Source of the DNA: Psammoneis japonica
Lineage: Eukaryota
Length of the DNA: 61,169 nucleotides
NCBI GenBank assembly: GCA_008632985.1
Contig: QPGO01000313.1
Location: forward strand, 1-61,169
Direction of reading: 5' to 3'
The notes beneath the pieces were generated by a model. It was not told where the DNA came from. It saw only the letters and a list, made by a program, of their open reading frames with translations, and searched no databases. Of the stretch, positions 24,793-38,847 are shown one piece after another. The number at the start of each line of letters is the position of its first letter. Position 1 is the first letter of the stretch. The position numbers and the translations under genes were made by a program.

Positions 24793-26182
24793 CTCTTCCA
24801 AGCGGGGCGTATTGGTGGCGTTGACGTGACACGTGTAGTCCATCTCCGTCCACATGTCTTCACGCTTCACCTCTGGGTCGTAGACATGAATATTGGCATG
24901 CTCCTGAAGCAGGTCGCGAACAATAAACATCGCCGGAGTTTCCCGAACGTCGCCCGTGTCTTTCTTGAAGGCGTAGCCAAGAATGGCAATTTTCTTTCCC
25001 GTGACCGTATTGAACATCTTCGCAACGATCTTCTCAGAGAAGCGCTTCTTCTGGTAGTCATTCATCAGGATCACCTGGTTCCAGTAGCTGGCGCACTCGT
25101 GCAATCCATAGGTTTCACAGAGGTAGACAAGGTTAAGAATATCTTTCTGGAAGCAAGACCCCCCGAATCCGACAGATGACTGAAGGAACCTCTTTCCGAT
25201 CCTATCATCCATACCCACAGCACGGCTTATCTCCGACACGTCCGCACCAGTCGCCTCGCACAGCGCCGAGATGGAATTGATGGAGGACACTCGCTGTGCC
25301 AAGAATGCGTTGGCTACAAGCTTGGAGCACTCAGACGACCAAAGATTGGTCGTAATGATGTTCTCGCGGGGAACCCAATTCGCGTAAACCGATGCAAGCT
25401 TCTCTGCGGCTTTGAGACCTTCGGGCGACTGCTGTCCTCCGATGAGAACACGATCAGGAGCCGTGAGATCTTTGATAGCCGTTCCTTCCGCGAGGAATTC
25501 TGGGTTACTAAGGACCTGGAACGATAGCCCTTTCTCGTTGCACTTGAGTACCCTCGTAATGGCCTCAGCAGTTCGGACAGGAACGGTACTTTTTTCCACC
25601 ACAATCTTGTCAGACGTGGCCACCTCCGCAATCTTGCGAGCACACTGAAGCAAAGAGTGAGCCAAAAAAGATCGCAGCAAGGAATGAGCCAGAGAGCACC
25701 TTAGAGTCATCTGGAGATGGCTATGAAACATATGGATACGAGACATCGACTTACCAACTCGCAGTTCTTAATATTTGCCGCACGACCAGCTCCGATACCT
25801 TGCGTTTTGGTGGGCGTATTGACGGAAATGAAGACAATGTCGGCGCCGTTAATCTCTTCGTCGATGCTGGTAGAGAAGAAGAGGTTCCTTCCGCGACACT
25901 GCTGGACGACTTCTGGAAGGCCGGGCTCGTAAATGGGCAGATCATCGCTATTCCAGGCGTCAATCTGCTTCTGAGACAAATCAACTACGCACACGCGAAC
26001 CTAAGTTACAAGTCACAACAGATAAAGAGTGAGAACGCATCTTTCAGCTGGCTGAAGAACACTGAAGCCTCATCCATTCATCAACTCACCCGCGGACACT
26101 TGAGAGCAATCACCGCCATCGTCGGTCCGCCAACGTAGCCAGCTCCCATACAGCAGATCCTTACGTCAAATTCGTCACTCAT
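24556..26182 (-). CDS. UGDH: UDP-glucose 6-dehydrogenase (exons 26182-26090, 26000-25755, 25644-24556)
   Basis: [55 protein letters not shown] with catalytic Cys, [13 protein letters not shown]. Confidence 0.97.
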
Positions 26183-26529
26183 CTTGTTAATACACACAGT
26201 CCAGTTATTATGATGCCTGTGTTGGGATGTCAAGTCCCAGCGACACAACATCATGCGTTCGCGGCGCTGACGGGTGACGGGCCATCACAGTTCGTATCCA
26301 ACGGTCGATTCACGTAGAACCAACGCAAGGTTTGTACCAGTGACGTGACCTGCGATGCTTGCGCAAGACGCACGCAAGTGACGCAGACACTGCGGTACGG
26401 GAAACGCAAGACAAAGTCAGCCAGACACACCACACACCACATTCTATCATACAGTCAGCATGACAAGCGAACATTCAACCCAAAGGCAGACAAGCAATGG
26501 CACAAAATGCCAGTCGTCGATGTTCATAC

Positions 26530-27760
26530 TTCGTGTGAATTGCATGTTGTGCAATGATGATTTTGCATGTGCAATGTGCAATGTTGTTGGCATGTGTGCA
26601 GTGCATTTGCACGTGGCATGTCATTGCACAAAATGACTCACCAACAAAAAATGTGTGGCCAAGCATTGCAGCACCCAGGGTTGCTTGACAAGATGGATGA
26701 CCCACTCTGCTCCATCAGCAGGTCAATGTCGCACCCCATCCTCAACCCTCACACCAAAGAGCACCACACCAGCACCAAACATGAGTTCAACGGAACACAC
26801 GAAACTCAACATGAAGCTGCCCTTGTTGGATTCGCCCTTTCTTGGCGATGCTGCTGCTGCTGGCGCATCATCTGTCTTGTCCCCTTTGCCATCAATCACT
26901 TTGGAGCCCCTGGCTGTTTTCACACTGCATCTTCTTTAGAGCTGATCAACAGCACCCCATCCCCACCCACTCCCCTTGGACCACCAAATCCCCTCCTTCC
27001 AATGCCCCCCGCCGACGCCCCGTGCCGCCTGCCTGCCAGAGGAGGGTGTGCATGTTGAAAGCAGCGAAGTTTTTTTCACGATCGTGTCACAGACCCCATG
27101 ACCCACACTTGTTGAAAAGAAGCTTGTGACAAGCTGTGCAAGTTTAAAGAGATGTGACATTGGCTGGAGTGAGTGAAAAGCAAATGTTTGTCCCTGAAAA
27201 TGAGGTCGACACTTGAGCAAAAGTGGCTGTCATTTGTGTGCAATTTTCCTCAATCATTTTTTGTGTTTGTGCACAAAACCAGTTGATGCAACAAATGTGA
27301 CATTTAAGTGGGAGTTCAGAAAGCTCATCCAGACTTGCACACTGCATGAATTGCTCAGGGGACCACTTGTTTTTAGACTTTGCTCTTGTTCTGGAGCTTT
27401 CACAATGGAAGACATCAAAACTCAGCTTTTGTCAGTCACTTCAACTGGGTGTGTTTTGGTGACTGACGAAAGCCGATTTTTGTCAAGCACTTTCAGCGTT
27501 AAGATTTTTGAAAAGCAAAAACATCTTTGCTGCCATTTGCATGCCTCCGGTGCGCCTGCACACAACTGTCCCCATCTGCCATCCTCTCCACTGCCAAAGC
27601 CACTTCTTGGAAAAACACATCCTCCACCACACGTTTTTTTTGCTTGACCCACCACACTTCGACTCCATCACAATGGGGCCTTCAAAGCCTTGGCTTTGCA
27701 CAACCAAATCGCTTGCTGACCAACTCACCCGCTGCTCCGCCAAACTACAGTCCCAGCTCG
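26530..27760. other. TpA/CpG-depleted hypermutated tract 3 between the divergent UGDH and PCGF genes
   Basis: About five TA in 1.2 kb by eye, all in TTA context (about 26937, 27145, 27305, 27374, 27500); TG/CA rich. Confidence 0.85.
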
Positions 27761-27988
27761 CTTATCCCAACCCCAATCCCATCCCTTTCCCTGCCCACAT
27801 TATGCATGTGTGCATGTATGATGTATGACTTACCCCTCCTCAGCGTCTGTCCCTCACCCCGCGCCACTAGGTGACGTTGCACGTGAAGTGAGATAAGTCG
27901 TCGTCGTCGCACGCAAGTCGACGATGATGGATGATCGGCCTCGCCTGAGTTATTAGAAGCGGTACGAATATTCTCTGGGAGTCTCCCG

Positions 27989-28925
27989 ATGCAACCTTCT
28001 TCTTCTTCCTCATCTTTCTCTACCGACGAAGGTTCAGCTCAGGAAAAGTCTAGCTTAAACAGCGGGAGGCACAAACGAAAACGTAGAAATCAGAGCCGCA
28101 GTCGTGACGCCACAAACAAATCGCCTTCAGAGACTCTTTTCCCACCTATTGTGGTCAATGGCGTGGTGGAATTTGCTCTGGCTCCTGTGAGCGCCCAACT
28201 TACTTGCAAGCTTTGTCGTGGGTACTATAGAGATCCATACACAATAGCAGAATGCCTCCACACGTTCTGTAAATCTTGTTTGTTTTCCGACTTTGCGAAA
28301 GGAAATCACAAATGTCCAGAATGCAACGTTGATTTAGGAACTGACCCCTTTCGTAGCGCCCTCGCCGATCGGACAATCCAAGAGCTGGTGGACAAAGTCT
28401 TGTTTCCAAGATTACGAGTGCAAGAGGAGGAGCGTGAGAAGGATTTCTACGAAAAGAGAGGCATCAAGCTGAAGCCAGAGTTTCAGGAGGAGAAAGATAA
28501 GCGTACTCTGCGTTCTGATGAACCTTCGCAGCACACGATTCGCCACTCAGCTGCGAATGACGTGCTAGATTTAACGCTTATGCCAGAATGCGTTCCAGAA
28601 GGCGAATACCCAATACCATCGTTGGATCGACCTTGTATACAAACGTCTGGTCGCTTAAAGATAATCCAGCTCAAAAAGTATTTGTTGAATCAGCTGCATA
28701 TAACTGGCGCAGACCCTTCTTTGGTGCGTTCCTCACACGCAGGTCTCTGACATTGTTGTTCGACGCCTTGCACTCACCCTACTGCAACCGATTCTTCTTT
28801 AGGTTGAGATCCTTTGCAACGGAGGACCTGTAGGCAACGAATTGAGTTTAACTTTTGTCCAACGGACGATCTGGCTTCGTCCAAAAGAAGATTTAATGTT
28901 GACTTACCGGTTTGCAGACGAGTGA
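27989..28925 (+). CDS. Polycomb group RING finger (PCGF/Psc/BMI1-like), PRC1 component (intron 28724-28802)
   Basis: RING CKLCRGY..TIAECLHTFCKSC..CPEC followed by DRTIQELVDKV; RAWUL-like C-terminus IIQLKKYL..VEILCNG..LTY. Confidence 0.9.
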
Positions 28926-29028
28926 TTCAGCATCTTAAACTATAAATAAAGACATCAGATACAAACGTAAATGCTATAGTATGATACTTTCTGGATTCCG
29001 ACAAAGCAGTACAATCGGAGTCTAACGT

Positions 29029-32000
29029 CTACTTGGCGTCCCCTCCCACCGCAGCAGATCTCTGAGCACCGGGAGTAAGACAGCTCCTGGCGACACTTTC
29101 GAACATTTTCTCTATCTCGTTGGCGCATCGAGTGAACGAATGGCTCCAGAACTGGTACCTTTGATTCTTGATGAGCTCGATGAAAGTGATGAGCAGGCCC
29201 CACTGAAACGAAAGGCAAACGAAAAAGTGAGAAGGCAATAGAGATCGATCCAAGTTGGTCGTAGCTAACAACACTTACAGGATGGGGTCGGTGAAGAATA
29301 AGGCGCTCGAGAAGGACCCTAGTAATCTGCTCTTTCACTGCCACGTTCTTTGCTTCACTGAACAGCACCAGCATGACGCAAGAGAAGAAATGCGTGTGGC
29401 TATTTGGATAGCGTAGCTGGTTCGCAATGGCGTTCAGGCATGCGTACCGCCCCTTTTCGTCAAATTCCATGAGTTTCTGAAGGATTTCCATTTCGGGAGT
29501 ATGTGGAAGCTTGTTCACTACCTGGTTGCTCTGCCGAGAAATTGCTTGCATACCCACATACAAAACAAGCGAGTTGACCCTTGGTAAGTCCACTTCTGTC
29601 GTACCATCCTTGCACAAACGCGGAAGAAGGCTCTGAAGGAAATCGCCCAACTGCCTATCTTTCAAATAGGCATCCAGATCTGCACGAAGCGGCTCCAGCG
29701 GACCTTGATAATTAGACAGAATGATGGGGTTGTGCGAAATTTCCGGCAGCAAGTCGATCTTCAGATTTGGCGTGAAGGGATCAGGAAGGACCATTCCTTT
29801 TGGAACAGCAGACAGGATCAGGTTTCGAAGCTGAACGCAACTATCCGGTATGACGTTGCAAAGAGACAGATGGTATGAAGCAAGGAAAGAGGGGAAATCG
29901 TGAAGAAGAACAAGGAGTATGCGCAGCGTTCCCTCGTAAAGCTTCTTGACTGGCGGGGTCAAGTCAGCCATTCGTAGGTGCGGCTCAAGGAAGAGGAAGA
30001 GATCAAGAATAATCTGGTGTGCGAGATTCCATCCTTTTTGGCCCTTCTGGACAAGGAGGTTGGGAAGGAACAGACGGTGGGACACCAGCTCAAGCCATGC
30101 AAAGGAAAAGCCTAGAGGAGAAGATTGTGCAGACAAAATATGTGAGCCCAGCTTGGAAGATGAATCGATGAAGCGACACTTCGGGACTTACAGGGGAAAA
30201 CGAGCGGTTGCACCATGTGGAACACTGCTCCCATCAAACTGAGAGCTCCGTAGGTCGAGGGGTCTAGCCCTTCACTCGCGGTACTCAAATCAATCATCCA
30301 ATTCAGAATGAGTCGGAACCAGGGCCTCTGGTCCCAGTTGGGAGTGACCCCGCCGTTTTCTTTCTTGCTGACTTCATAGTCAAACATCATGCAGCGTACC
30401 GTGACACCAAGGATTTTGTTGAGCAGCGTCGCACGTTGAGTTGCTACCTGTTCAGGCGATCCACCTCCATGCATATAACGAATCAAAACAACGACAAGCT
30501 TGGAATAAATGTCGATGAAGCTATAATTCAGCGCCTGACCCTTGACTGTCTTTCTCCAGCGCCGCTGGATTTGAGAACAGCTTCTACAACGACCATAGTA
30601 GAGAGTCGGAAGAAACGTTCAGTTTGCTCTTCGACCTTGCCAACTCCGTGCTGCTGAAGAAGCTGGAGATACTGAGCCAGAATCTTCTCGTCACTAGCTG
30701 CTTCATTGTGCTTTCGAATCCAAGTGTCAAGAAGGAAGGTGACCTGCTGCTTGGCATTAGGGGGGTCTCTTGCCATGAGCGATTCACAAGCCTCGGCCAC
30801 CCTCTTTGAAGTTTCGGCAAAGTTATTCAAAGATGCAGCGGAAAGACTGCTGCATTCTAGGACGGAGAGCGACTGCTGTCTCTTCTTCTCGTCTGGAGTA
30901 GCCATTCCAACAGAAGCGGTAATCGCTGTATTAGAATCCAAATTGGCTGGGGTACCGCGAATATCTTCGAGTACCCGCACAATTGACGTCCTTAGGGATT
31001 GATTCACTTGCTGGCTGGCTTGGTTTCTGCCTTCAGCGAGGCTGGTCATTAGATCCATCAGCTTTGGGAAGTCAGATGGCGACGCCAGCCTCTCCAAAAA
31101 CGCGGTCCGCATAAAGTAGAGAGAAAACTCGACCCAAACCAAATTGCGCCCACTGTCCGCGCTGGCTGACAGATACGAATCGAGTGACGACGATGATACG
31201 AGACGGCTACGCAGGAGGAGAAGCAAGACTGTCTTATGAAGCTTGCGCTGCGTCTCCGTATCGGTAGGTGCATAAGTTGCCCATGTGCCAATATTCTGTC
31301 CGAGCTGAGGGCAGTACTCGTTGACCCTTTCGAGCAAGGCGACGAGGACTTCGAGTCGAAGCGGCTCTGATAGACTGAGCTCGTAGAGACGCTTGAATAT
31401 GCTTTGGGAGAAGCCCAAAGCTGCGTCTTTTTCCGTAGGTGAAAGAGCACCGCCGACAATAGTTGCATTTTGTATGAGACGTTGGACTGCCACAAGGAGC
31501 TGACGTATTTCATGGTCTGCAGGGAGCACAGACAGCGTTACCTCTGGAGCACGAGGCCCGACAGACGACAGCAATGTTGTCACAGCGTTATTCAATTTAG
31601 ACGCAATGGCGGAAAGAACTTCGATGTTGAGCTGCTGCCCGGTCCCGGACACATCAGCTCCCGCGTTGCTCGCCGTAGAAGGAACTCCCGAACGACTTGT
31701 AGGTACACCGCCCGGCGACCCAAAAGCTGCAGACGCACTTGCCTGTCTAGGCATCCGTTGGAAAGCCTCGTAAACGCGAAGCTGCTCGCTCCGAAGACCT
31801 CCGGGCTTGGGACGAAGAGGCTCAGGAAGCGATGCTGGGTATCGCTGGCTGCCGTTCCCGAAAATGGACATATCGTAGTAAGGTTGACCTGTTTGCTCTC
31901 TATGCTTCCTTCGCGTATTTACGGCAGAAGCCATTGCTTCGTCAACATCTCTAGCAGCCCTTTCTGACGCAGCTTTCTCAATCAGTCTACAGCTGAGATC

Positions 32001-35000
32001 AAGGTTATCTGTTGCACAAATCGCCACGCATTGTTCAACCAAATTCTGATCTTGTTCACTGAGCTTCTCAGTCACTCCGATGTTGCTCGTAAGCAACTGC
32101 CGCAAATGCGTTGAAACACTAGCACGCAACGGCTCCCTGCAAGTGACAAGAGCCAGGCTACCGGCAAGACTTGACCCCATGAGCTGAGCAGCCTTCCTCA
32201 CCTTATTCTCGTCGCTCTCCATTGCGAAATCCTTCGTGACAAGTTCCTTTGTAGAGATCGACGCGATGGAAACGCTTCGTTCGATGACAGGCTGCATGAT
32301 CTCCCGAATCGCTCTGTCGACAGCGACTGGCACTGCCCGCTTGAGAGACGCACTGTTTAGAGCTGATGCCACAGGCCCCCCCTGTGTCTGTTGAAGCAGC
32401 TGAGTAACACTGGGACTAATTGTGATATAGGAAGCAATGTTCGGTATAAGGGTCTGGTGCTGATCTTGACCGGTACTCGAACCACCTTGGCCACTAGGCA
32501 AACCAAATCCACCGGACATCCCTTGGGAAGGCCCTGAACCAACCATCTTCTCGGGTACTGGCATACCCACAGCATTAGATACTGCAGAAGCTGCGGGAGC
32601 TGATGACACCATGCTGCTCTTCATATTGAAGTCAGGATTTCGTTCTTTCACCGGAGAGATCCTTGATGACAGGTCTGTACGGATGGGGATGTCTTCCGGC
32701 TTCATGCCCAAATTTTTACACAATACTTCGACCTCGAACTTTATGTTCATTTTGAGATCGTCGACGCCATAGAGTGCGCGAAACACACTTAGTAGCCCCA
32801 TAATCCATGGATTTGGTGGGCGAAAGATTACGGAGCTCTTCGCTCCTTCAAGAATTTTTGCTACGAACGGGGTCACAGCGATCAACATGCCGTTCTCGTA
32901 TCCCTGCAAAAGTAGCTCCTTGCAATCCAACATAATCTGAAGAATCGGGCGATTTCTAGCCAGTGTGATCTGGCCCAGCCAACTACCTAGGTTTTTTAGT
33001 AGACTGCGCTCGGACGTAGAGGTCGTAATCTTTGGGGAACGAAGCAATTTTCCCACGTTGAGATACACGCTAGCAAGGATCGCCTCGACGAGCCCCTTTC
33101 CATAATCACCCAACTGATTAAGGAACGTCAAGTAAAGAGAATGGAAATTGGGCTGCGTACTAATTCGCTTGACCACGAGGTAATGTCCCAGCCATCCGAA
33201 ATAGGTTGGTTCCAGCATCTCCTTCAACTCTTGAGCCTTCTGTTCAACATTTGACGGAGATACGTTGTTGATAAGAAACTGAACTCGGTCGAGGACAGCA
33301 TCTGGGGGTGATTCATGCTGAACATCTTCGTTTTTGCCATTCACCGCACGTCCGAGCTTGGGTCCAAACACGGCCACACGTTTCTCTACTGCCGGCGGCA
33401 GCGCAGCTTCTGATAGCTCTGCCTGGCTGGGAACACTTCTCGCAGATGAAGTCGATACAACCGTCGGAGATGCGGCGCCCACGGACGAAGTTTCAGCACC
33501 AATGCCGCCGAGTCCTTGCTGCTTCTGGGCGCTAATACCAACAGCGCCCACCGCAGCACCAGAAGCTCTATTTGCGCTTCCTGAGGATGAAGCTGCCGAA
33601 GTGCGATTCTGGCTCGCCGCCATTGCATTTTCAATCTCACCCACCAGCTCTGCATAGCCTTCCTTGAGATGCGGGATTTGAACGATATGAGAACAATATT
33701 GAGGCCATTCGTGAAGTCTACCTTTGAACTGTTCAAGGGCAAACATCCCGAAACGAAACATCTTGCCACTACTGTGTGTCGTAGAACCAGGTGGCGCCGG
33801 CGGCTTTCTAAGCGCTTCGAGTACGTAGCGTAAGGCGATACCCAACGTAATGCTGCTGACAAGCTGCTGCTGGATAAGAGTCCCGAAAAGTATCCCCGTT
33901 ATTCGAAGCTCTTTCTCGGGGTACTTTGAAAAAAATCGATACTCATCGAATAGATTATGAATCATGCAGGCAAAGATATCATTCTCTCTTGGGTCGCTCG
34001 ACGCTTTAAATCGTTTCAGCATCTCAACCACTTCTCCAATACTCTGCTCAGACGTGTATATCTTCTGGAAGTAGGAATTCGCCATTTCTTCAATGTCATC
34101 TGCGTTTCCGGACGAAGGTGGAGTTACACGACCATTGTTCGCGCCGAGACCAGCAGCACTTTGCGGTTGCTGGCCAATCATCGACCTCAGGTTTGGATTT
34201 GCTGAAAAGCAAGCTTCCGCAAGTCCCTTGACCCCTTCCCCTAGTGTAACTGCGTTAAGCGAACCTACGCCAGTTGTGCTCCCGGCGGACGGGATGGTTT
34301 GGGACAAGAGCGCAGGGTCCAGTGACTGCAAGACCTGCAAGGATATCGCAACATTCTCGTAACTGATGAAAGGCTTTCCGTCGTTGTTGCTGTTCCCTGA
34401 TGAGCGGGGTATCGCCAATGTGTGCATCTTCCCCACGTATGAAAGTAGAGTAACAGCAAAAACGAAACCATTGGATGGTCCGGGAGACGCTGTAACGGAT
34501 ATCTTCTCTACCAGCCAATTCTTGAGTTGTAGCATACCGGTGTCTGACATAACAAAAGAAACGGCAATACTGCATTCTGGATCTTTTCCCCCGTTCAACA
34601 AAGATCCTATCGCGTTCTCAGGAGAGGGAAGCAGCCGCAAAGTGCTAATGATGTGGCCTACAGTAGCGAGTCGCGTCTGCGCAGAGTCAGATAAAGTACT
34701 GCGCCACGCTTCTCTGCAAGCGGCTGTCACCGCACCCGGGGAGATGGCCCAAAGCCTTCGTAATGCGGCGGGTCGATTCTTGACTCCGTGATGGGGATTA
34801 GGCTTGAAGAACAAAGGAATAAGCTCTCGCATGAGTTCGGAGGTCATTTGCTTTCCGGCTTGCGGATTCGAGTTCGCCACGTTTAGCTGTAATCGAACGA
34901 GAGCGCAGAGGAGAACCTCTGGACAACTTAAAAGTCCTTTCACAAACAGATCTCGTGTTCGACGCACAAGAGAAGGCATGTCAGATAGTTGAAGCAAACG

Positions 35001-36338
35001 CTGCAAGACATCGGATGAAGCCCAGCATTGCGTGTTAGGAGCCGACGACGTTTGCGCTTCTGGGCCAGCCGTGGCAGCATCCGCAGCTTCTTCGCTGTTC
35101 AACGGACAAGAAAAAACACTTGGGGGGACATAGAGCATCCCTTCTAGCAGAGAACATTGGGCTGATGGGTGTCGCCACTCAGACGTAAGCGCCACTAGCG
35201 GTGGGTCTCGTTTCGCACCTGAACGATATAATTCCAGCAGCATGCGGAACTGGTCGACGTTCCTGATTTCGAAGGCGTCAAAGTCCCATCCCGCAGCAAC
35301 CTTCATCCAATCAAGGCCGGAATAGTCCTCAGCAATAACCTGCGATACCACACTAAGATTCCATCCGCCGGTTTCGCCACTTGGTGTATTTGATTTGTCA
35401 GAGAAAAAGTAAATTATGCGAGAAATGGCAGCTTCGTCCAGTGAGCTGGCAGAACTCAGGGAGCTGGTGATTCCTGAGAGGGTTTCGCGAAAGGTTGATG
35501 CACTCCAAGTGCACGCAGACCCAACATCGGCCAGGACATTTACTATTCCCGCCGACGCCTCCATTGACGGGTTTCCACCACTTGGTAACGATGATTCCAT
35601 TTTGAGAGATGAACTTGTAGTTACAATATGAAGCTGGAGATGACGTGCCACCTCTTCGGAACGTTTCTGTAGATCAGCTCGAGCTTTCAATGTCTGCAAC
35701 AACAAAATATAGATTAGCATCGAAATGGCTTTCCCTCGCACATCTCACACGCTGATGCCACTGACAAGCTATGAACGTACCGAGTTCCCCTGAAGAATGT
35801 AGAGAATACTCTGGATTAGGCTTTTGTCCCAGTCTGAGCTAGCGAGAAATGACTGCTTCTCGTCGGCCGGTCCTCTTATTCTTTCGGTGGAAAGTGCTCG
35901 CTCTAGCGTCTCGAGCAAAGTGACGGCTGCCGCAGAGTTACCCGACTGTACTGAGTTTACCTGTTAAAGAGAAGATAGTTGTGATAAAGAAAGCGGAGCT
36001 GTCAGACACGTACAACAACATCATAAACATGTGTGCAGTCATCTCGCGACGGCCGATGGATTCAACAATTGCTGCGTGCGCCGAATACGAATTTAACAAA
36101 TCAATTATGAATTACTTACCAAATTTCTAATAAACTTGAATAGGATTTCGTTCGGAGCAAAACAGCCTCGCCGCGTCGGCCGCTTCCGTACGATTCTCCC
36201 GTAGACTTGTACGGCAGCCCGGCTTCGACTAAGAGCAGCGTTTTCGGGGCCTCCCCAAGGGCGTTCGTCTTTATGCTTGTTGCCTCTACCTGGTCGCTGC
36301 TGCTTCTTTCCCTTCTGTTGTTGGACGCCCTCGCTCAT
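29029..36338 (-). CDS. NOT1: CCR4-NOT scaffold subunit NOT1 (multi-exon; 5' exons tentative; apparent frameshift near 30535)
   Basis: [92 protein letters not shown]. Start 36338 inferred from a GTAAGT donor at 36119 and an exon at about 35960-35781. Confidence 0.93.
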
Positions 36339-36780
36339 GGGCCATGTTCAAGGCACTCACAATATCTTCTTTTTTCGCCTCTGCGCTTGTTTGAAATGCA
36401 ACGCAACGATGACGGCGTTGCGACGTGCTTCTTTCAGCGCGGGACACAATGGCATTTCTTGCAGTGCTGTACTGGAAATGTCGTAGAATCTACATACTTT
36501 GATTTGTACGTACGAATCAGTACAAAGTTCTGTACTTCGTACGGCTACGTAGCTTTGGTACCACAGCTACAGAATTTCGAAAGTCTGAGTTCGCACCATT
36601 CGCACCATGAGGAGTCAGCACTCAGCTAGCACCGTCATGCCTCATTCGGCGGTTTCCACTTGCAATCTTGCGCCATTAAAAGGAAAGTGAGGTTGGAATA
36701 AGCTAGCACCCCTATTCCTATTTCTATTCCAGTTTCCTTTTCCTGTTTCTGTTTCGTTTTTTACTGTGTGGAAAGTGGAA

Positions 36781-38145
36781 ATGAAGAGCGGTGTCCTCTG
36801 CATAAACACATTTGCGATGGCTGTGGCTGCTGTGGTACTACTACGGTGTGCACTGGCTCGTCCAGCTGCAGCATTTTCCTCAGGATCTCTTCGCTGGAGA
36901 CCAACCAGACCGATGGCGGAAAACTTTTACTCGACAGTTTTGAAAGATGCGTCTGCCTCCGAAGGCGCCGAAGCGAAAACTACGCCTACAAAATCTGCTT
37001 CGCCAAGCAACGGAAATGATCCGCTTGCTGACTACCGTAATGAGAATAATGTTCGTGACCAAGTTTTTTCGGCCATGTCTAAAGACGGAGGAGTCAAGGT
37101 CACGGTAGCCACTCTACGGAATGTTGTAAACGACATGATGATGCAGCACACAATGACGGACATTCCGGCCGATGCGTTGGGACGTACTGTGATTTGCAGC
37201 TTACTCATGTCCAACGGAATCCAGGATGAACAAACTGTGCAGATAACTATGAACGGTATGTTGTTTAAGATCACTTTCAAACCGCAGTTTTCGAAACCCT
37301 CGTCACTAACGTTTGTCGGTATTTCCATTTTCTGGCGTTGTTTCGAAACATTGTGCAGGAGACGGCCCCCTTCGTGGAATCGTCGCTATTGCAAATGGCA
37401 TTGGCGAGGTTCGAGGCTATGTCGGTTCTCCCTCTCTAGGTCAAATGGATCTTGTGGATGCAGTAGGAAAAGGATCAGTTCAAATCGTTAAAAATCACCC
37501 CCAGTGGCCTAATCCTTACAACGGAATCACAGCCATTCGCCACGGAGATATTGATCGGGATATTGGTGAGTCGACATTCTCTACTCTCTTTCCAGTGACT
37601 TGACAAGTAGGTCTTTTAATTGTTCTTTCCTTTTCCTTTTAAATCAAGGCATCTACCTAGCTGAATCAGAGCAGCGTTCTTGTGCACTAGCCGCTGCAAC
37701 ATCCATCACTGGAATTTTGTGCAAGGCCGCTGGAGGGTACCTCGTAGAGCAACTCCCTGGATGCGATGCGGAGACTATAGAAAAGGTGGAAAGCAACATT
37801 GGCAAATTAGTGGAAAGAGATGGAGGAGACAAATTACCCACAAACTTGCTTCTTCACGGCGTCACACCACTAGAGATTGCAGAAACTGTGCTGGATGGAC
37901 TGGACATGCAGCCCTTACAACAGATGGAGCCCAAAGCCGTTTGTCACTGCTCCGACGAGCGACTTATGCGTGCCCTTCGGCTCTTGTCTCGAAAGGAAGT
38001 CGATGACATACTAGCGAAGGAAGAAAAGATAGAAGCACGATGCCAGTTTTGTGGAAAGGTATACAGGATGGGACCGGAGGAGGTGGCAACCCGATTTGCT
38101 AATGCCAAGGGGGATCCATCAAAGGACAGTGACATGAATTTATAA
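36781..38145 (+). CDS. HSP33: Hsp33 redox-regulated chaperone, probably organelle-targeted (introns 37256-37338, 37566-37648)
   Basis: ALGRTVICSLLM, GDGPLRGIVA..GEVRGYV, YLAESEQ, AGGYLVEQLPG, zinc-binding CHC..CQFC; presequence with AAA-FSS. Confidence 0.9.
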
Positions 38146-38229
38146 CGTTAACTAATACCGTAGCTCCTAAGATGAAGGTGGCAAACGTATATATGATCTA
38201 TCTTCTCGGTGTTGCTTGAAAGTCACAGT

Positions 38230-38847
38230 CTAATCACTGTCACTAGAACTTGAGTCGTGACTCTTTCGGCGTTTCTTCTTTCGCTTTTTGTCTTTACGTC
38301 GTCGTCGTTTCCGTCGCCTCTCGCGACGCGACGAATCGTCTGAGGAAGATTCATCTCCTTCTTCGCTTGAGGAAGAATGCCGACGACTGCGTTTGCGCTT
38401 CCGATCTTTTCTTTTTCTATGTTTTTTTCGAGACTTGTCTTTCGAGCTACTCTTGCCGCTTTTTTTCGCTTCTTCTTCGACTTCTACAAACTCCTCTTCG
38501 CTGCTACTTGAATCGTGATCTAAGAGTTCGTATGGTGTTGTTTCGTTTGCTTGTGCTTTTCCAAGGTCGGTCCTTCGCTTTTTGCCAGGTTTCAGGCCTA
38601 AATACATCTTCTTTGCGAAGTCATCCCGTGATCCGTCACGGCCAGCAACATTTTGATGACGCGCCAGCTCCAATAAACCGCGAGCTTTGGCTTCGTTATC
38701 CGCATTTGCCGCTGCTTCAATCTTTTCAGCCTCAGAGGCATGGGGATCATGACCAATTGCCTTCCAGATCGAACTAGTTTTCAAAGTGGAGCTCGTTGTC
38801 ATCCGGTTGTTATGCGGCAAACGCACTCGTCCTGCGGTTGCTGGCAT
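38230..38847 (-). CDS. CAX-interacting protein 4 (CXIP4)-like Arg/Ser/Lys-rich protein
   Basis: N-terminus MPATAGRVRLPHNNR...IWKAIGHDPHA closely resembles plant CXIP4 as recalled from memory; low-complexity basic and Ser-rich tail. Confidence 0.75.
   Translation of the reverse strand: MPATAGRVRLPHNNRMTTSSTLKTSSIWKAIGHDPHASEAEKIEAAANADNEAKARGLLELARHQNVAGRDGSRDDFAKKMYLGLKPGKKRRTDLGKAQANETTPYELLDHDSSSSEEEFVEVEEEAKKSGKSSSKDKSRKKHRKRKDRKRKRSRRHSSSSEEGDESSSDDSSRRERRRKRRRRKDKKRKKKRRKSHDSSSSDSD

Noticed and set aside
24598..25179. Long antisense ORFs over UGDH, SMC4, NOT1, GDH and the MULE gene
   Set aside because: Shadow frames of well-supported genes on the opposite strand with no motifs of their own.
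27989..28925. PCGF or other nearby chromatin genes as the cause of the hypermutation
   Set aside because: Proximity only; no deaminase, DNA methyltransferase or Y-family polymerase is recognisable in this window.
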